From positions 32,001 through 96,000 of the IMG/VR virus record IMGVR_UViG_3300032893_000004: DNA of 64,000 bases. One strand, given 5' to 3'. A program made the position numbers and the translations under genes. The stretch is from a virus. This document shows, one piece after another, positions 19,716 to 29,555 of the stretch (positions are counted from its first letter, which is position 1; each line of letters starts with the position of its first letter). The notes below the pieces were generated by a model. That model saw only the letters and a program-made list of their open reading frames with translations, was not told the origin of the DNA and ran no database searches.

Positions 19716-21904
19716 GTGGAATCACCGTCGCGTTTCTTGGAGTCGCCCGTGGGAGCACGGTCTTTCCGGGCGCCTGTATTCTCCACGTCCGTAAATCCGG
19801 GCAGTTTTTGGATGTTGACGTTCTTGTCGGTTGTATCGAGTTCGGCGTTGCCAACCGGGTACGTCGGAATACCCTTCTTGGTATCCAGCGACGAAGCGAC
19901 GATACCATTTGAAAGAGTAAGCGTAGTCGTGAAAGACTTCTGACCGTTTGGGCTCAGAGAGCCGGAATGACTTACAGATTCGATGTGAAACAGAACTCCG
20001 CGAATCTGACAGTTGTCACCTTCGACTATCGGTTCCTGCACGCCTTGGAGAGTCACTGTTCCGTAGAGCTTGAGATGACCGTTGAATAGCCAGTCCGCTC
20101 TCTGGCGGCACAGTATCGGCGTGATCGTACCGAGATTGTTCGATACAACATCGTAGTTCGTCTCGGTGATATCGGCTCGGAGTCCGTGGCGGTGTATATC
20201 CTTGTTGTCTGCCACATAGTTCGGAGCTGAGAACTGAGCGATCTTGAGTATCTCCTGAGATACGTTCAGGTTGTTCATCTCAAGGCCGACTGACCTACCC
20301 CACACCTGCACGAAGTTGATCCTTCGACTCTCGGAAGGCGATACGTTCAAAGTTTTTATCACGGAATCGTCTATGATCCAGCGAGGCAAGTTATTGAACA
20401 TCGTACGAGACGCGATTTCAGGAGCTGTCGAGAGAATGCTGTCGTAGTCTTTGCCATACGTGAGAGCGTCCGAATCTTGGACAGACAGATTTTTTCGTAT
20501 AGAAGATACGCCGGCCGACTCCTGATTTCCTTGATCGGTCGACACCGTGAACTGCGGAGCAGTCTTGTACAGATAGTTGAACAGATTCGTGCTGAACGGC
20601 TTTTCCCGCACGATCAGAGCCGGGAGGATGAACCCGTCTCTGTTGATACGAAGAGCTGTGTACATCTCGTTCACGACCGGATTCAAGAACTGGCTGAAGA
20701 TGTTCCAGTAACTGTTGTTGTCCCATATCGGAGGGACCAGGAACGGAACGAATCCTTTGCAGCGCGTGTCTGTCCGGTAGATGTTGGAACCGACGACTTG
20801 CGTCTCCGGGGTGAAGTTGGAAGGCGAGAAGTCGCGCCACACCCTGTGTCCGCTGGAAGCGTACTTCTGGAGACCTAGGTACAGGTTGTATATCTGCCAG
20901 AGCTTCGAAGCTCTCAGACCCAGGATCGTAGACACGCTCTTAGGAATCGCTATGGCGTCCGAGAACGTTCCTTGCGCGTTCGGTATGGCTTGTCCTACTG
21001 ATCCGTTAGCCTGAGGATTCAGGAAATTCTTGTTCGTGTCAACTCCCATCAGCAAGATGAACAGTAAACCTATGATCGCTTCCGGAGAAGTACTCTGTAT
21101 CTGCTCTTTGCCGTCGATCGTGCGGTAGAAGTTAAGGAACGCCTTGGACAGGTTCGTGAGAGCCGCTTCGAGTCCGCTCGATACCCCATCCGGCGGCGCA
21201 GAGGTGGGCCGAGCAAGAGTATTGTCAGCTGATATGGAATCGATCTCTCGGGTATAGAAGCTCTCGGCGGCGGCCGCCTGCGACAGGGCTCCCTCTGCTG
21301 TCACGATCGTCTGAGATACGAACGTATAATATACGGAGGTAGCCAGCTCGACGAATGCCTGACACGAGATCGTCTGTCCTAGTACTCGCTGTCCGCCGGC
21401 CGTGATCAAGTCGGCTGACGGAACAGCCATGACGCGGCCGACGAACTTGAGGCCGGACTGCCAGGTATTCATGCCTCGATTCTGGCTCGTGTTCGTGGCA
21501 GTAAGATATCGCGGTACGCCGCCTTCTGTTCCGAGTAGCTGATCGAGTATGTTGTCTATGTCGTCCTGGTAGTTGGCCATCCACACGAATACCCAGTCAC
21601 CTGGAGCAACCGCATTCTGGTAATAGATCTCGCCTATCTTCATCTGGATATCGCACATCTTGCCTAGGGAAGACTTCTCGTTCGAGACCGTGACGTTCAC
21701 GCAGTCGTTCTCTACCACCAAGATCTTTCTCTCTGCCATAGGATCATCTTGCGGTTGTATGAACATCGCGCCCGGCGTCTTGAACCTCACGAAAGCCACG
21801 CACCACGACGGATTTCGATCTTTCTTCGGAAGAGCCGTGTCGGCATTCCACGAGCCGTTGGCGGTATCCACCGCCGTGATCACGTACTTCGGCGTACTCA
21901 TCAT
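19712..21904 (-). CDS. baseplate hub / tail protein (gp27-like)
   Basis: Between tape measure and spike; FHIESVSHS...FTTTLTL signature. Confidence 0.65.
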   Translation of the reverse strand: MMSTPKYVITAVDTANGSWNADTALPKKDRNPSWCVAFVRFKTPGAMFIQPQDDPMAERKILVVENDCVNVTVSNEKSSLGKMCDIQMKIGEIYYQNAVAPGDWVFVWMANYQDDIDNILDQLLGTEGGVPRYLTATNTSQNRGMNTWQSGLKFVGRVMAVPSADLITAGGQRVLGQTISCQAFVELATSVYYTFVSQTIVTAEGALSQAAAAESFYTREIDSISADNTLARPTSAPPDGVSSGLEAALTNLSKAFLNFYRTIDGKEQIQSTSPEAIIGLLFILLMGVDTNKNFLNPQANGSVGQAIPNAQGTFSDAIAIPKSVSTILGLRASKLWQIYNLYLGLQKYASSGHRVWRDFSPSNFTPETQVVGSNIYRTDTRCKGFVPFLVPPIWDNNSYWNIFSQFLNPVVNEMYTALRINRDGFILPALIVREKPFSTNLFNYLYKTAPQFTVSTDQGNQESAGVSSIRKNLSVQDSDALTYGKDYDSILSTAPEIASRTMFNNLPRWIIDDSVIKTLNVSPSESRRINFVQVWGRSVGLEMNNLNVSQEILKIAQFSAPNYVADNKDIHRHGLRADITETNYDVVSNNLGTITPILCRQRADWLFNGHLKLYGTVTLQGVQEPIVEGDNCQIRGVLFHIESVSHSGSLSPNGQKSFTTTLTLSNGIVASSLDTKKGIPTYPVGNAELDTTDKNVNIQKLPGFTDVENTGARKDRAPTGDSKKRDGDST

Positions 21905-24135
21905 CCACCGCCGCGCGAGAAAGTGTCAACCTTAGTGCCTGTAAACGGCTTGGACCTGGTAGAAGTCTTATCTTCAGTGATGCGGTCACCCGCGCTCTTA
22001 ACCTCGTCGGCCATCTGCTGAAATCCTTTCACTATCGCGCCTGTGAGAGCATCCGTGACAGTCTTCCCGGTACCTTCCAGAACAGTCTTCAAAGACTCGT
22101 CGATCTGCCTCTGCTGGGCAGCCTGCGCTTGATCTTTTATGTCAGCTCTGGTGGGAGCACCCGCCTGAACATCGTTGATCGAACCAGCTGTAGCTCCGCC
22201 GAGCTTGGCTTCGAGAGATTGGGAGAACGTCGCTCCACCTGCGGCGGTATTATCGAAGGCTCTGAGACCTGACTGAAGCAGAGTGATCTGATCTCCGCCG
22301 GTCGCCTTGTTGAATCGAGCGACTTCATCTTTACCGAGGACTGACGTCATCATGTTGGAGTATGATACAGCTGAATCAGCTAAAGCTTTCTTGACTATGC
22401 CGACATCTTTTCCGATGTAGTTCGCGATCGCCTGCTGGGTTCGAGGGTTGTCGACGCCCATCTTGATGAAGGAATCGATGGCTACTGCGTTGGTGACGCC
22501 GAGAGAACGAAGCTTAGATACGAGCACCATATCCAACCCAGATGAACCTGAACTGATCAAACTATCCGCTCTCTGAGAATTTATGATGCCTTGCTGAACG
22601 CCTTCCGTCTTGTTGAAGCCAGGCGCGTTAGCGCTGATCGCGGCCGATACACCGGCGCCAACGGTACCGAAGTCTTGGCCGGCTCCTCGGTTAGCCATCT
22701 GTCCGGCAACGAAGTCGCCTAAAGCAGCACGCGCGGGCATCGTGTCCGCGCCTGTGAGTCCCGCCGTAGCAAAGTTCTGAAGTATTCCTGCCTGCGTTCC
22801 GCCAAGAGATCCGTTTCCGATCGCAGCCGCCCTTATAAGCTGGCTCTGAGCTGATTCGGTGATACCGAATCGCGGAGCACCTCTAGCGAACGCGCCTAGC
22901 ACGTCCGGACTCACGGCGTTGGGATTCATTCCGTTTGCGATCAGCATCTGCATCAGTGGATTTCCTCGGTCCATCGACACGCCTTGACCAGCCAAGTTGT
23001 TGACAGCTTGGTGCACTGCCGCCATACCGAACATCCTCTGACCCATGTCGAGGTCCTGAGACTCGCGAATAAAGTTGTCGCCGCCGCCTTTACCCAAGAT
23101 ACCGTAGAGTTCTATGTCTCGGGCGCGGAGTTCGGCGCGCTGCTCGGATTCTATCTGAGCGTAGGATCTGTTACGGGCAGTCGTGAACCCGCCGATACCG
23201 CCTATGATAGCTCCGCCTATGTTGCCTATGATAGGAACGGCTGATCCAGCTAGAAAACCTGCACCGGCGCCCGCAAGCGCTCGTATGATCGGATTGTCCG
23301 AGAGATAGGTACCCGTAAGCTTGGCTTGCGTCCACGCGCTGTCCATAGCTTTCTTCTCTATGCCAGCGCCTGTCTCGCTGAGAAGAGAAAGAGTCGTATC
23401 GCCTTGCTGTCCCATCTGAGCAGCTTGCCTGCGTAGGCGAGCGGCTGCCAGGTAAGCGTCAGTCTCTCGGGTGTAGCCGTACTGGAGACCTGCGGCGCCC
23501 ACGCCTTGCAGCATCTCCGCGCCTGCGCCCAGAGCAGCCGCAGCCACCGGAATACCTCTGATGAAAGATCCGACCGTGGCATACTGACCGAGACCTATCG
23601 CGCTCATCGGACCGGCAAGACCGGGCATCTGCTGCTGCATGAAGACTTGGCGCTGCATCTCGTACTGCTGGTTACGCATCGCGACAGCCTGCGCAGTGAC
23701 GTTGGCCGTCTCTTGCTGACGAGAAACGATTCCGGCTTGATATTCCTTCTCGTCCATCGACCCTCGACGGGACTTGAAGTTCTCAAGCTCGCGTTCGGCC
23801 TCGATTACCTTGTTCTTGATCTTGTCAACTTCGCCTTCGAACGACTTGACTTCGGCCTTCATGCTGTCGACGATGCCTTTGTAAGACTTTCCGAGGAAGT
23901 CGTTGGCTTTCTTGTTCAGCTCGTCGAACGATTTGAACAGTCCTCCCATGCCGGCTTGGGACTTCGTGATCGTCTCGAGCGACATAGTGAATTCTTTCAT
24001 TCGATCGGACACGCCGCCGAGTGAGTAGGATCCGACGCGGCCAAGATCGTTCATCTGGGACTCGGCACGCTTGAGCATTTCAAGGACCTGGTCCATTCCT
24101 TGCATTCGTGCCTCAAAGGTCAAGCGAGCTGGCAT
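21901..24135 (-). CDS. tape measure-like protein
   Basis: Ala/Gly-rich helical, coiled N-terminus, central GxxxG hydrophobic stretch; downstream of chaperones. Confidence 0.65.
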   Translation of the reverse strand: MPARLTFEARMQGMDQVLEMLKRAESQMNDLGRVGSYSLGGVSDRMKEFTMSLETITKSQAGMGGLFKSFDELNKKANDFLGKSYKGIVDSMKAEVKSFEGEVDKIKNKVIEAERELENFKSRRGSMDEKEYQAGIVSRQQETANVTAQAVAMRNQQYEMQRQVFMQQQMPGLAGPMSAIGLGQYATVGSFIRGIPVAAAALGAGAEMLQGVGAAGLQYGYTRETDAYLAAARLRRQAAQMGQQGDTTLSLLSETGAGIEKKAMDSAWTQAKLTGTYLSDNPIIRALAGAGAGFLAGSAVPIIGNIGGAIIGGIGGFTTARNRSYAQIESEQRAELRARDIELYGILGKGGGDNFIRESQDLDMGQRMFGMAAVHQAVNNLAGQGVSMDRGNPLMQMLIANGMNPNAVSPDVLGAFARGAPRFGITESAQSQLIRAAAIGNGSLGGTQAGILQNFATAGLTGADTMPARAALGDFVAGQMANRGAGQDFGTVGAGVSAAISANAPGFNKTEGVQQGIINSQRADSLISSGSSGLDMVLVSKLRSLGVTNAVAIDSFIKMGVDNPRTQQAIANYIGKDVGIVKKALADSAVSYSNMMTSVLGKDEVARFNKATGGDQITLLQSGLRAFDNTAAGGATFSQSLEAKLGGATAGSINDVQAGAPTRADIKDQAQAAQQRQIDESLKTVLEGTGKTVTDALTGAIVKGFQQMADEVKSAGDRITEDKTSTRSKPFTGTKVDTFSRGGG

Positions 24136-25098
24136 TTAATTATTCCTCAATAGAAAATCATTAATCTTTTGCAAACAATTGTGCCTGTTCGTTGTCCATT
24201 CTGATTCCCAGATTTCTAAATAAGGAATTCCAAGGTCAGCGAAAAACAGATGTTTGGCAATGTGGTATTCTTCAGGAGTTTGAGCAAAAGGTTTCGCCCT
24301 GAATCCTTTCCCATGCCAATAGTCGCCGTTGAATTCTATTCCGCAGTTTAATTCCGGCACATACACATCAAGCTCAAAACATGTGCCCGATTTGCCCCAC
24401 ACACGTTTGCCAAATTTTCTTTTCACAGCTGTAGGAAATTTTCTTTGAACATACTCGCGAATAAAAACTTCTGGCTTCGATACCCAAGGCTTCATGTGGC
24501 CACAACAATCTTCCAGCCAATCATTCTTGCGAGCAATATGGTAGGCTCTGGCGAAAGAGCTTTGTTGCCAGTCACTAACCGTCTCAAACTGACGTGCAAT
24601 CTGAACAATATCTTTCTTGCTAGCATTTTCCCAAGATCGTTTTGTCTTGGTAAAATGCATTTTCGCTTCTTTCAATACTCCGAATCTGTGCGCAGCCTTG
24701 TACGATCCTCTGTCGGCCGAATACCATTCCTTGAACGTCTTGTATTTTCTAGCGGATATCAAGACAGATTCCGCCGTATACTCTTTATTATGTACTTCCG
24801 GCCGTATCATATGCACGCAAGCATCTTCTAGCCATCCGTGCGTCCAAGCAGCTTTATATGCCGAGTTTGACTTTCTTTGCCATTCTTTACGTGAGGTAAA
24901 CCGCCTTGCATCTTCCAGAACGGTCTCTTTGTCCCACTTTTTTGACCACCTCGGGATCATATGCGCAGCTGCTTCTTTGGTCCAGCCCATCTTATACGCT
25001 GTATCGCACGCAGAGCTGTTGGCACTCCAATCCGACATGCACGAATACTTCTGCGCATCGGCTATAACCAGCTCTTTAGTCCATCTAACGATACTCAC
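24136..25098 (-). CDS. homing-type endonuclease: four helical repeats plus Vsr/DUF559-like nuclease
   Basis: Four W/Y....V...A..[FY]....W......AY..A...GW repeats; ELDVYVPELNCGIEFNGDYWHG...IWESEW; AT-rich. Confidence 0.75.
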   Translation of the reverse strand: MSIVRWTKELVIADAQKYSCMSDWSANSSACDTAYKMGWTKEAAAHMIPRWSKKWDKETVLEDARRFTSRKEWQRKSNSAYKAAWTHGWLEDACVHMIRPEVHNKEYTAESVLISARKYKTFKEWYSADRGSYKAAHRFGVLKEAKMHFTKTKRSWENASKKDIVQIARQFETVSDWQQSSFARAYHIARKNDWLEDCCGHMKPWVSKPEVFIREYVQRKFPTAVKRKFGKRVWGKSGTCFELDVYVPELNCGIEFNGDYWHGKGFRAKPFAQTPEEYHIAKHLFFADLGIPYLEIWESEWTTNRHNCLQKINDFLLRNN

Positions 25099-25100
25099 GT

Positions 25101-25598
25101 CTATAGTCCTTCGTCGTCGGGAATCGGATCATCAACTTCGACGGTTTTGTTCAAGGCTTGATCTATGCTAAGATTAGGGTCATCGATGAGTATCCCATCC
25201 AGACGACCCGCATTGTTTTCCTTAGATTTTTCAGCAGCTTGCTCTTTGAGCTGCTTGTCGTACGCGGCCAGTTCCGCTGCGTACCACGCGTCATCTTCTT
25301 CTTGCATCGTCTCCAGATCGGATTTAACCTGCGGCGATTCTTCCGATAGGACCTCGAAAACGATCTCGTCGAACTTGTCCTTCTGCTCCTTGGTTCCCGA
25401 ATTGAGACGCCAGAAGATATCTTCGTACCAGGTACGAATGACGGTTTCCTCAGCCATGTCCTCTACTTGCGGAAGCGGAGTGTGAAATTCGCGAGAGTAC
25501 CAGCGGCACAAGGACTTGTACCAAGCTGGGAATAGCTTCTCGTCGGCCTCGTTCAAAGCTATTACCCGCAACGCTCTTAGCACGTTGGGGCTAATCAT
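25101..25598 (-). CDS. putative tail assembly chaperone (gpT-like)
   Basis: Position upstream of tape measure; acidic. Confidence 0.5.
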   Translation of the reverse strand: MISPNVLRALRVIALNEADEKLFPAWYKSLCRWYSREFHTPLPQVEDMAEETVIRTWYEDIFWRLNSGTKEQKDKFDEIVFEVLSEESPQVKSDLETMQEEDDAWYAAELAAYDKQLKEQAAEKSKENNAGRLDGILIDDPNLSIDQALNKTVEVDDPIPDDEGL

Positions 25599-25604
25599 GT
25601 GAGA

Positions 25605-26021
25605 TTACTCTGTTTTTTCGATCGGTTCGGTGCTAAGCTTTCTCGCTGATTTGGTCAACTTTTCGACAGCGACTTTGCTTTCCTTCGTCAGTTCGTCGAC
25701 CGAGCCGGTCACTGTTAGGTCGACCAGGCGGTACAATTCTCCGATGACGTTCTCGTCTTCAAGTTCCAAACCGCCGTCAGAATCCTTCCACCACTTAGGT
25801 CCGTCCATAATGCGTACGAACAATTGGCCAAGCATATAAGCTTCGCCGTTAAGCGAGGGGGCGACTCCGAGCGGGTTGGTTCCGACTATCATCCTGCGAC
25901 GCTCGTCGGCGATGAAATTCTCGCGCCTCGTGAGAATCGTCTTGATCAGGAACTTCCCGGTATACGGGTTACCCGTACGCTGGCCTACCACGTCTATCGT
26001 GATCGGAACAGTAGTATCCAT
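25605..26021 (-). CDS. putative tail assembly chaperone (gpG-like)
   Basis: Size, position, AAGGAGG RBS. Confidence 0.55.
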   Translation of the reverse strand: MDTTVPITIDVVGQRTGNPYTGKFLIKTILTRRENFIADERRRMIVGTNPLGVAPSLNGEAYMLGQLFVRIMDGPKWWKDSDGGLELEDENVIGELYRLVDLTVTGSVDELTKESKVAVEKLTKSARKLSTEPIEKTE

Positions 26022-26107
26022 AACTTATGCCTCCTTTGCAGAGCATCGCGCGGAGCGAAATGCCTTCCAAAGACATTATACGCAACTTCTGGAATGCGGG
26101 GATTTAC

Positions 26108-26135
26108 TTGAAGTTTAGGATTCTGATGGTATGAT
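26108..26135 (+). promoter_or_regulatory. sigma70-like promoter TTGAAG-N16-TATGAT with TGn
   Basis: Heads plus-strand island; ATG 7 nt downstream. Confidence 0.55.
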
Positions 26136-26142
26136 GTTCCGA

Positions 26143-26589
26143 ATGAATAACGACCGACGCGTACACGTCCTGGGTCTCAATCCCCGCGAGCAGTTTCTGC
26201 TGAAGCTGATTCTGTCCAACCTGGTGGCAGGATATATCGATAAATCCGTCCAGGAATCCATGCTTTTCAAGACCGGCACCGCCGTCGAGCAGCGCGCGTC
26301 TATGGCCAACGGGCTGTTCTGGAGGTACGTCGATTTCTGCGACCTGCTGTGTCCCGAATCCATGCTAGGCCGTGGTCGTCCGAAAGTGCTCATCATCGAG
26401 CAGCGGATGATGAAGTATGTGGTCCAAGCCGTGAACGGCTACGACCCTCACGACTGCCTGCTGTCCGAGAGGCATCGCGGGTTCCTCTCCAACGGATTCG
26501 AAGAACTTCAGAAAAAGGTTGTGGAATCGTCTCAGTTTCTATACAATCAGCTGGAAATAGATCGAGCCAGGAATTCTGGCCAAAGTTAG
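26143..26589 (+). CDS. hypothetical protein, probably leaderless
   Basis: ORF track; start chosen from promoter position. Confidence 0.6.
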   Translation: MNNDRRVHVLGLNPREQFLLKLILSNLVAGYIDKSVQESMLFKTGTAVEQRASMANGLFWRYVDFCDLLCPESMLGRGRPKVLIIEQRMMKYVVQAVNGYDPHDCLLSERHRGFLSNGFEELQKKVVESSQFLYNQLEIDRARNSGQS

Positions 26590-26596
26590 GAGTTTC

Positions 26597-27490
26597 ATGA
26601 GTCTATTCATTTTTGACGTGTCGAATATTTTTTACCGTGCCTTCTACGGAAACGAAGCTCTCTGCACTTCCTACGGACTGCCGACGCAAGGTCTGTACGG
26701 ATTCGTGAGAACGGTCTCTTCCGTGATCCGCGAGCACAGACCCGATCACGTGGCGTTCGTCATGGAAGGCGAAGGCGAGTCACCCAGGAAGGCCATCGAG
26801 CCGCTCTACAAGGCGAACCGCTCCGCTCCGCCTGAAGATCTTGTAACCCAGAAGAAGATGCTGCCCGAGCTTATGTATGTGATGGGATACCCGACGTTCT
26901 CTTATCCCGGATTCGAAGCAGACGACACGATAGCCACCCTCGCCAACGAGGCGGTCAAGTCGCTCTTCGACGTCGTCATCGTATCGGCAGACAAGGATTT
27001 CAATCAGATCATCTGTCCGGGAATCAAGAAGCTCGATCCGGCCAAGAACGCGATAATCGACGAGCAGGAAGTGGTTCTGCGGTACGGCATCTCGCCTGCC
27101 CAGTTCTTGGACTACCTCTCGATCGTCGGAGACACTTCCGATAACATCAAGGGCGTGAAGGGTATAGGCGAAAAAGGCGCGATGGAGCTGATCAAGATGT
27201 ACGGTTCTCTAGACGGGATCTACCGGAATCTGAACTTTATCAAAGGTGCCAAGAAAGATAAGCTGATCTCTTCGAAAGAAGACGTCTACAAGGCTAGGCA
27301 GCTGATCTCGTTCCTGCCGGCTCCTCTCCCGGCAGAGTTAGACATCAACACGTGGTGTCGGTACGGAGGTCCACGCGTCGCGGAGGCCCGCACCTTGTTC
27401 CGCAAGCTAGAATTCCGAGAGCTGGAGATGGCGCTTATCCCTTCTAATACCGTATCCGTCGGCGGTGTCGACATAGGAGTACGCAAGTGA
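26597..27490 (+). CDS. 5'-3' exonuclease / flap endonuclease (Pol I N-terminal-like)
   Basis: FDVSNIFYRAFY, YKANR, FEADD, SADKD, GDTSDNIKGVKGIGEK (H3TH). Confidence 0.93.
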   Translation: MSLFIFDVSNIFYRAFYGNEALCTSYGLPTQGLYGFVRTVSSVIREHRPDHVAFVMEGEGESPRKAIEPLYKANRSAPPEDLVTQKKMLPELMYVMGYPTFSYPGFEADDTIATLANEAVKSLFDVVIVSADKDFNQIICPGIKKLDPAKNAIIDEQEVVLRYGISPAQFLDYLSIVGDTSDNIKGVKGIGEKGAMELIKMYGSLDGIYRNLNFIKGAKKDKLISSKEDVYKARQLISFLPAPLPAELDINTWCRYGGPRVAEARTLFRKLEFRELEMALIPSNTVSVGGVDIGVRK

Positions 27491-27972
27491 ACAACGTGGT
27501 GATCACCAAGAATCCGCTGATAAAGGAGCTTTCCGGCTCTCGCATCGAGTTCTATCACCCGCGACCGAGTGCGTCGATGTCTGTGGACACATTGTCTACA
27601 CAGTACGTAACCCTCGTCGGAGCAAAAGCGAACCGAGTTGTCATACCGTTTGCCGTGAACGTCGTGGGCGGCAGTCTACTCGATCTGGATTTCAAGATAT
27701 CAGAACAGCTGGCGGCGGTAGGCGTCAACCTGACCGGTGCTTACTGGGACGGAGAGCAGGTAACCGCGTACGTCATGCCGCTCGACGGCACAGACGTGCA
27801 GGTGGATCTTTCGACGCCCATACTGGTCGGGACACTGGTTCAGGTAGTGAACTACCGGCAAGTATCCGACAAACTGATCGGCGCTAAGTCTCTCGGTACC
27901 ACGAACGGTGTTCTGAATCTGGAACTGACCTCCGACAAGAGGAAGCGGGCTATTCGCAACAGAAAGAGATAG
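27487..27972 (+). CDS. hypothetical beta-rich protein
   Basis: AGGAG RBS, GTGA overlap. Confidence 0.6.
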   Translation: MNNVVITKNPLIKELSGSRIEFYHPRPSASMSVDTLSTQYVTLVGAKANRVVIPFAVNVVGGSLLDLDFKISEQLAAVGVNLTGAYWDGEQVTAYVMPLDGTDVQVDLSTPILVGTLVQVVNYRQVSDKLIGAKSLGTTNGVLNLELTSDKRKRAIRNRKR

Positions 27973-27975
27973 TTT

Positions 27976-28566
27976 GTGGATCACAAGCCAATATTTCTAA
28001 CCGCTGATTGGCACTTGGGCCACGAAAAGTCTATCGAGTACGATAAGCGCCCTTTCCGAAACGTCGATCACATGGCCGAAGTTCTCGTTACGAGATACAA
28101 TTCTACCGTGCCCGAGAACGGCGTGTGCTTCTTCGTCGGCGACATCGGTAATCGTCCGGACGACATGAAGAAAGTCATCCAGCGATTGAATGGCACGAAG
28201 TGTCTCTTTCTAGGAAACCACGATAAAGGCATGGGAACGATGTACAACTGCGGCTTCGACGTGGTACTATGGGGAGGAGTGCTTTACATCGGCGACATCA
28301 AAGTGACCATCTCGCATTGTCCTTTGATCGGTGTGTGGCGGGAAGATACGTCGAAGATGAAGAATCCCGACGAGAAGTGGCACGGCGAGCTGCGCGAGAA
28401 ACACCTCATGAGTGCCACAAAGGATGACGGCCAGTTCCATCTGCACGGTCATATCCATTCTCGGCCAGACAAAGCCCAGAGCACCAAGATACTCGGTAAG
28501 CAGTATGACGTTGGTGTTTGCGCCAACAACTACACTCCGGTATCGCTCCCGACAATCACGTCGTAG
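27976..28566 (+). CDS. calcineurin-like metallophosphoesterase
   Basis: ADWHLGH, VGD, GNHD, SHCP, LHGHIH, YDVG motifs. Confidence 0.9.
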   Translation: MDHKPIFLTADWHLGHEKSIEYDKRPFRNVDHMAEVLVTRYNSTVPENGVCFFVGDIGNRPDDMKKVIQRLNGTKCLFLGNHDKGMGTMYNCGFDVVLWGGVLYIGDIKVTISHCPLIGVWREDTSKMKNPDEKWHGELREKHLMSATKDDGQFHLHGHIHSRPDKAQSTKILGKQYDVGVCANNYTPVSLPTITS

Positions 28567-28595
28567 GTAATGAAGTATGCGAACGGAGAGAAGAA

Positions 28596-28850
28596 GTGAA
28601 GGATTATTACAGAGAGAACATCCTAGAAGGCGATGAAGTATTTCCGATGGAAGACTTCGAAGGATTGAACGCGAACGTGTCCTACAAAGTTTTGAGCTTT
28701 TCGGAAGAAAACAAGAGTGGATACGGAATGATCGAGGTGGTCAATGAACTCGGAGTGCGCAGGGCGTACAATTCAGCGGCTTTCGTGATCAATCCGGCTG
28801 GCCGGATGTTCAAGAACGAGGTTAAATCTGGAAACGAAGACGTGCAGTAA
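28596..28850 (+). CDS. hypothetical protein
   Basis: GGAGA RBS before GTG 28596. Confidence 0.6.
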   Translation: MKDYYRENILEGDEVFPMEDFEGLNANVSYKVLSFSEENKSGYGMIEVVNELGVRRAYNSAAFVINPAGRMFKNEVKSGNEDVQ

Positions 28851-29301
28851 ATGTAAGACTCCCAAGCCCAAGACACGATTTGGAAAACATAAGCAGACCA
28901 AAGACCGGTTGGATTCGTGGTGCAGGGATTGCCGGAATGTCGCCAGGTTACAACCGCACAGAGTCGCAAGCGCTTACGCGGCCAGACGTAAATTAATAGA
29001 TTCAAATCCGGACAAACACAGAGACAAAGTGCTGAAATATAAATTCGGAATAGTCATCGCTGAGTACAACACTATTCTGGAAGCTCAGAACGGCGTGTGC
29101 GCTATATGCAAACAACCAGAGACGGCGAAGGACATGCGACGCGGTAAGGTAAAATCTTTGGCCGTTGATCATAATCATAAGACTGGCAAGATACGCGGGC
29201 TGTTATGCGATCGGTGCAATACTTCGATAGGCAAGTTTAATGATGATCCGAATCTAATAGAGAAGGCTGTCGAGTATTTGAGAATTAAGGACGAGGAATA
29301 G
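28828..29301 (+). CDS. endonuclease VII-like HNH endonuclease, probable CTG start
   Basis: QNGVCAIC...LAVDHNH.TGKIRGLLCDRCN; first CxxC lies upstream of listed TTG start. Confidence 0.85.
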   Translation: METKTCSKCKTPKPKTRFGKHKQTKDRLDSWCRDCRNVARLQPHRVASAYAARRKLIDSNPDKHRDKVLKYKFGIVIAEYNTILEAQNGVCAICKQPETAKDMRRGKVKSLAVDHNHKTGKIRGLLCDRCNTSIGKFNDDPNLIEKAVEYLRIKDEE

Positions 29302-29554
29302 TAGACTGTTCTTCTGCACTGGTCACGGAACTATTCGCGCTCTTGACTTCTATGTTTTTCTGAAATGTTTTTCCGCCAAAACTTGCGGCCAAGAATGTTC
29401 CCACCAACATAGATAGTCCGGATAGATCAGATCCTTTCTGCAGTCCGACGACGGCTATATACCCAGCAAGAAACAGCGCAATAAGCGACATCAAACGCAT
29501 GCAGCTGATCGGTGATTTCTCCGACAGAATTTCGCGTATAAGTTTGAATTCCAT
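29285..29554 (-). CDS. 2-TM holin-like protein
   Basis: Two hydrophobic helices and polar tail at end of late operon. Confidence 0.5.
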   Translation of the reverse strand: MEFKLIREILSEKSPISCMRLMSLIALFLAGYIAVVGLQKGSDLSGLSMLVGTFLAASFGGKTFQKNIEVKSANSSVTSAEEQSTIPRP

Positions 29555-29555
29555 A

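Noticed and set aside
27487-27972. dUTPase
   Set aside because: Size and beta content fit, but the five conserved motifs are not recognisable
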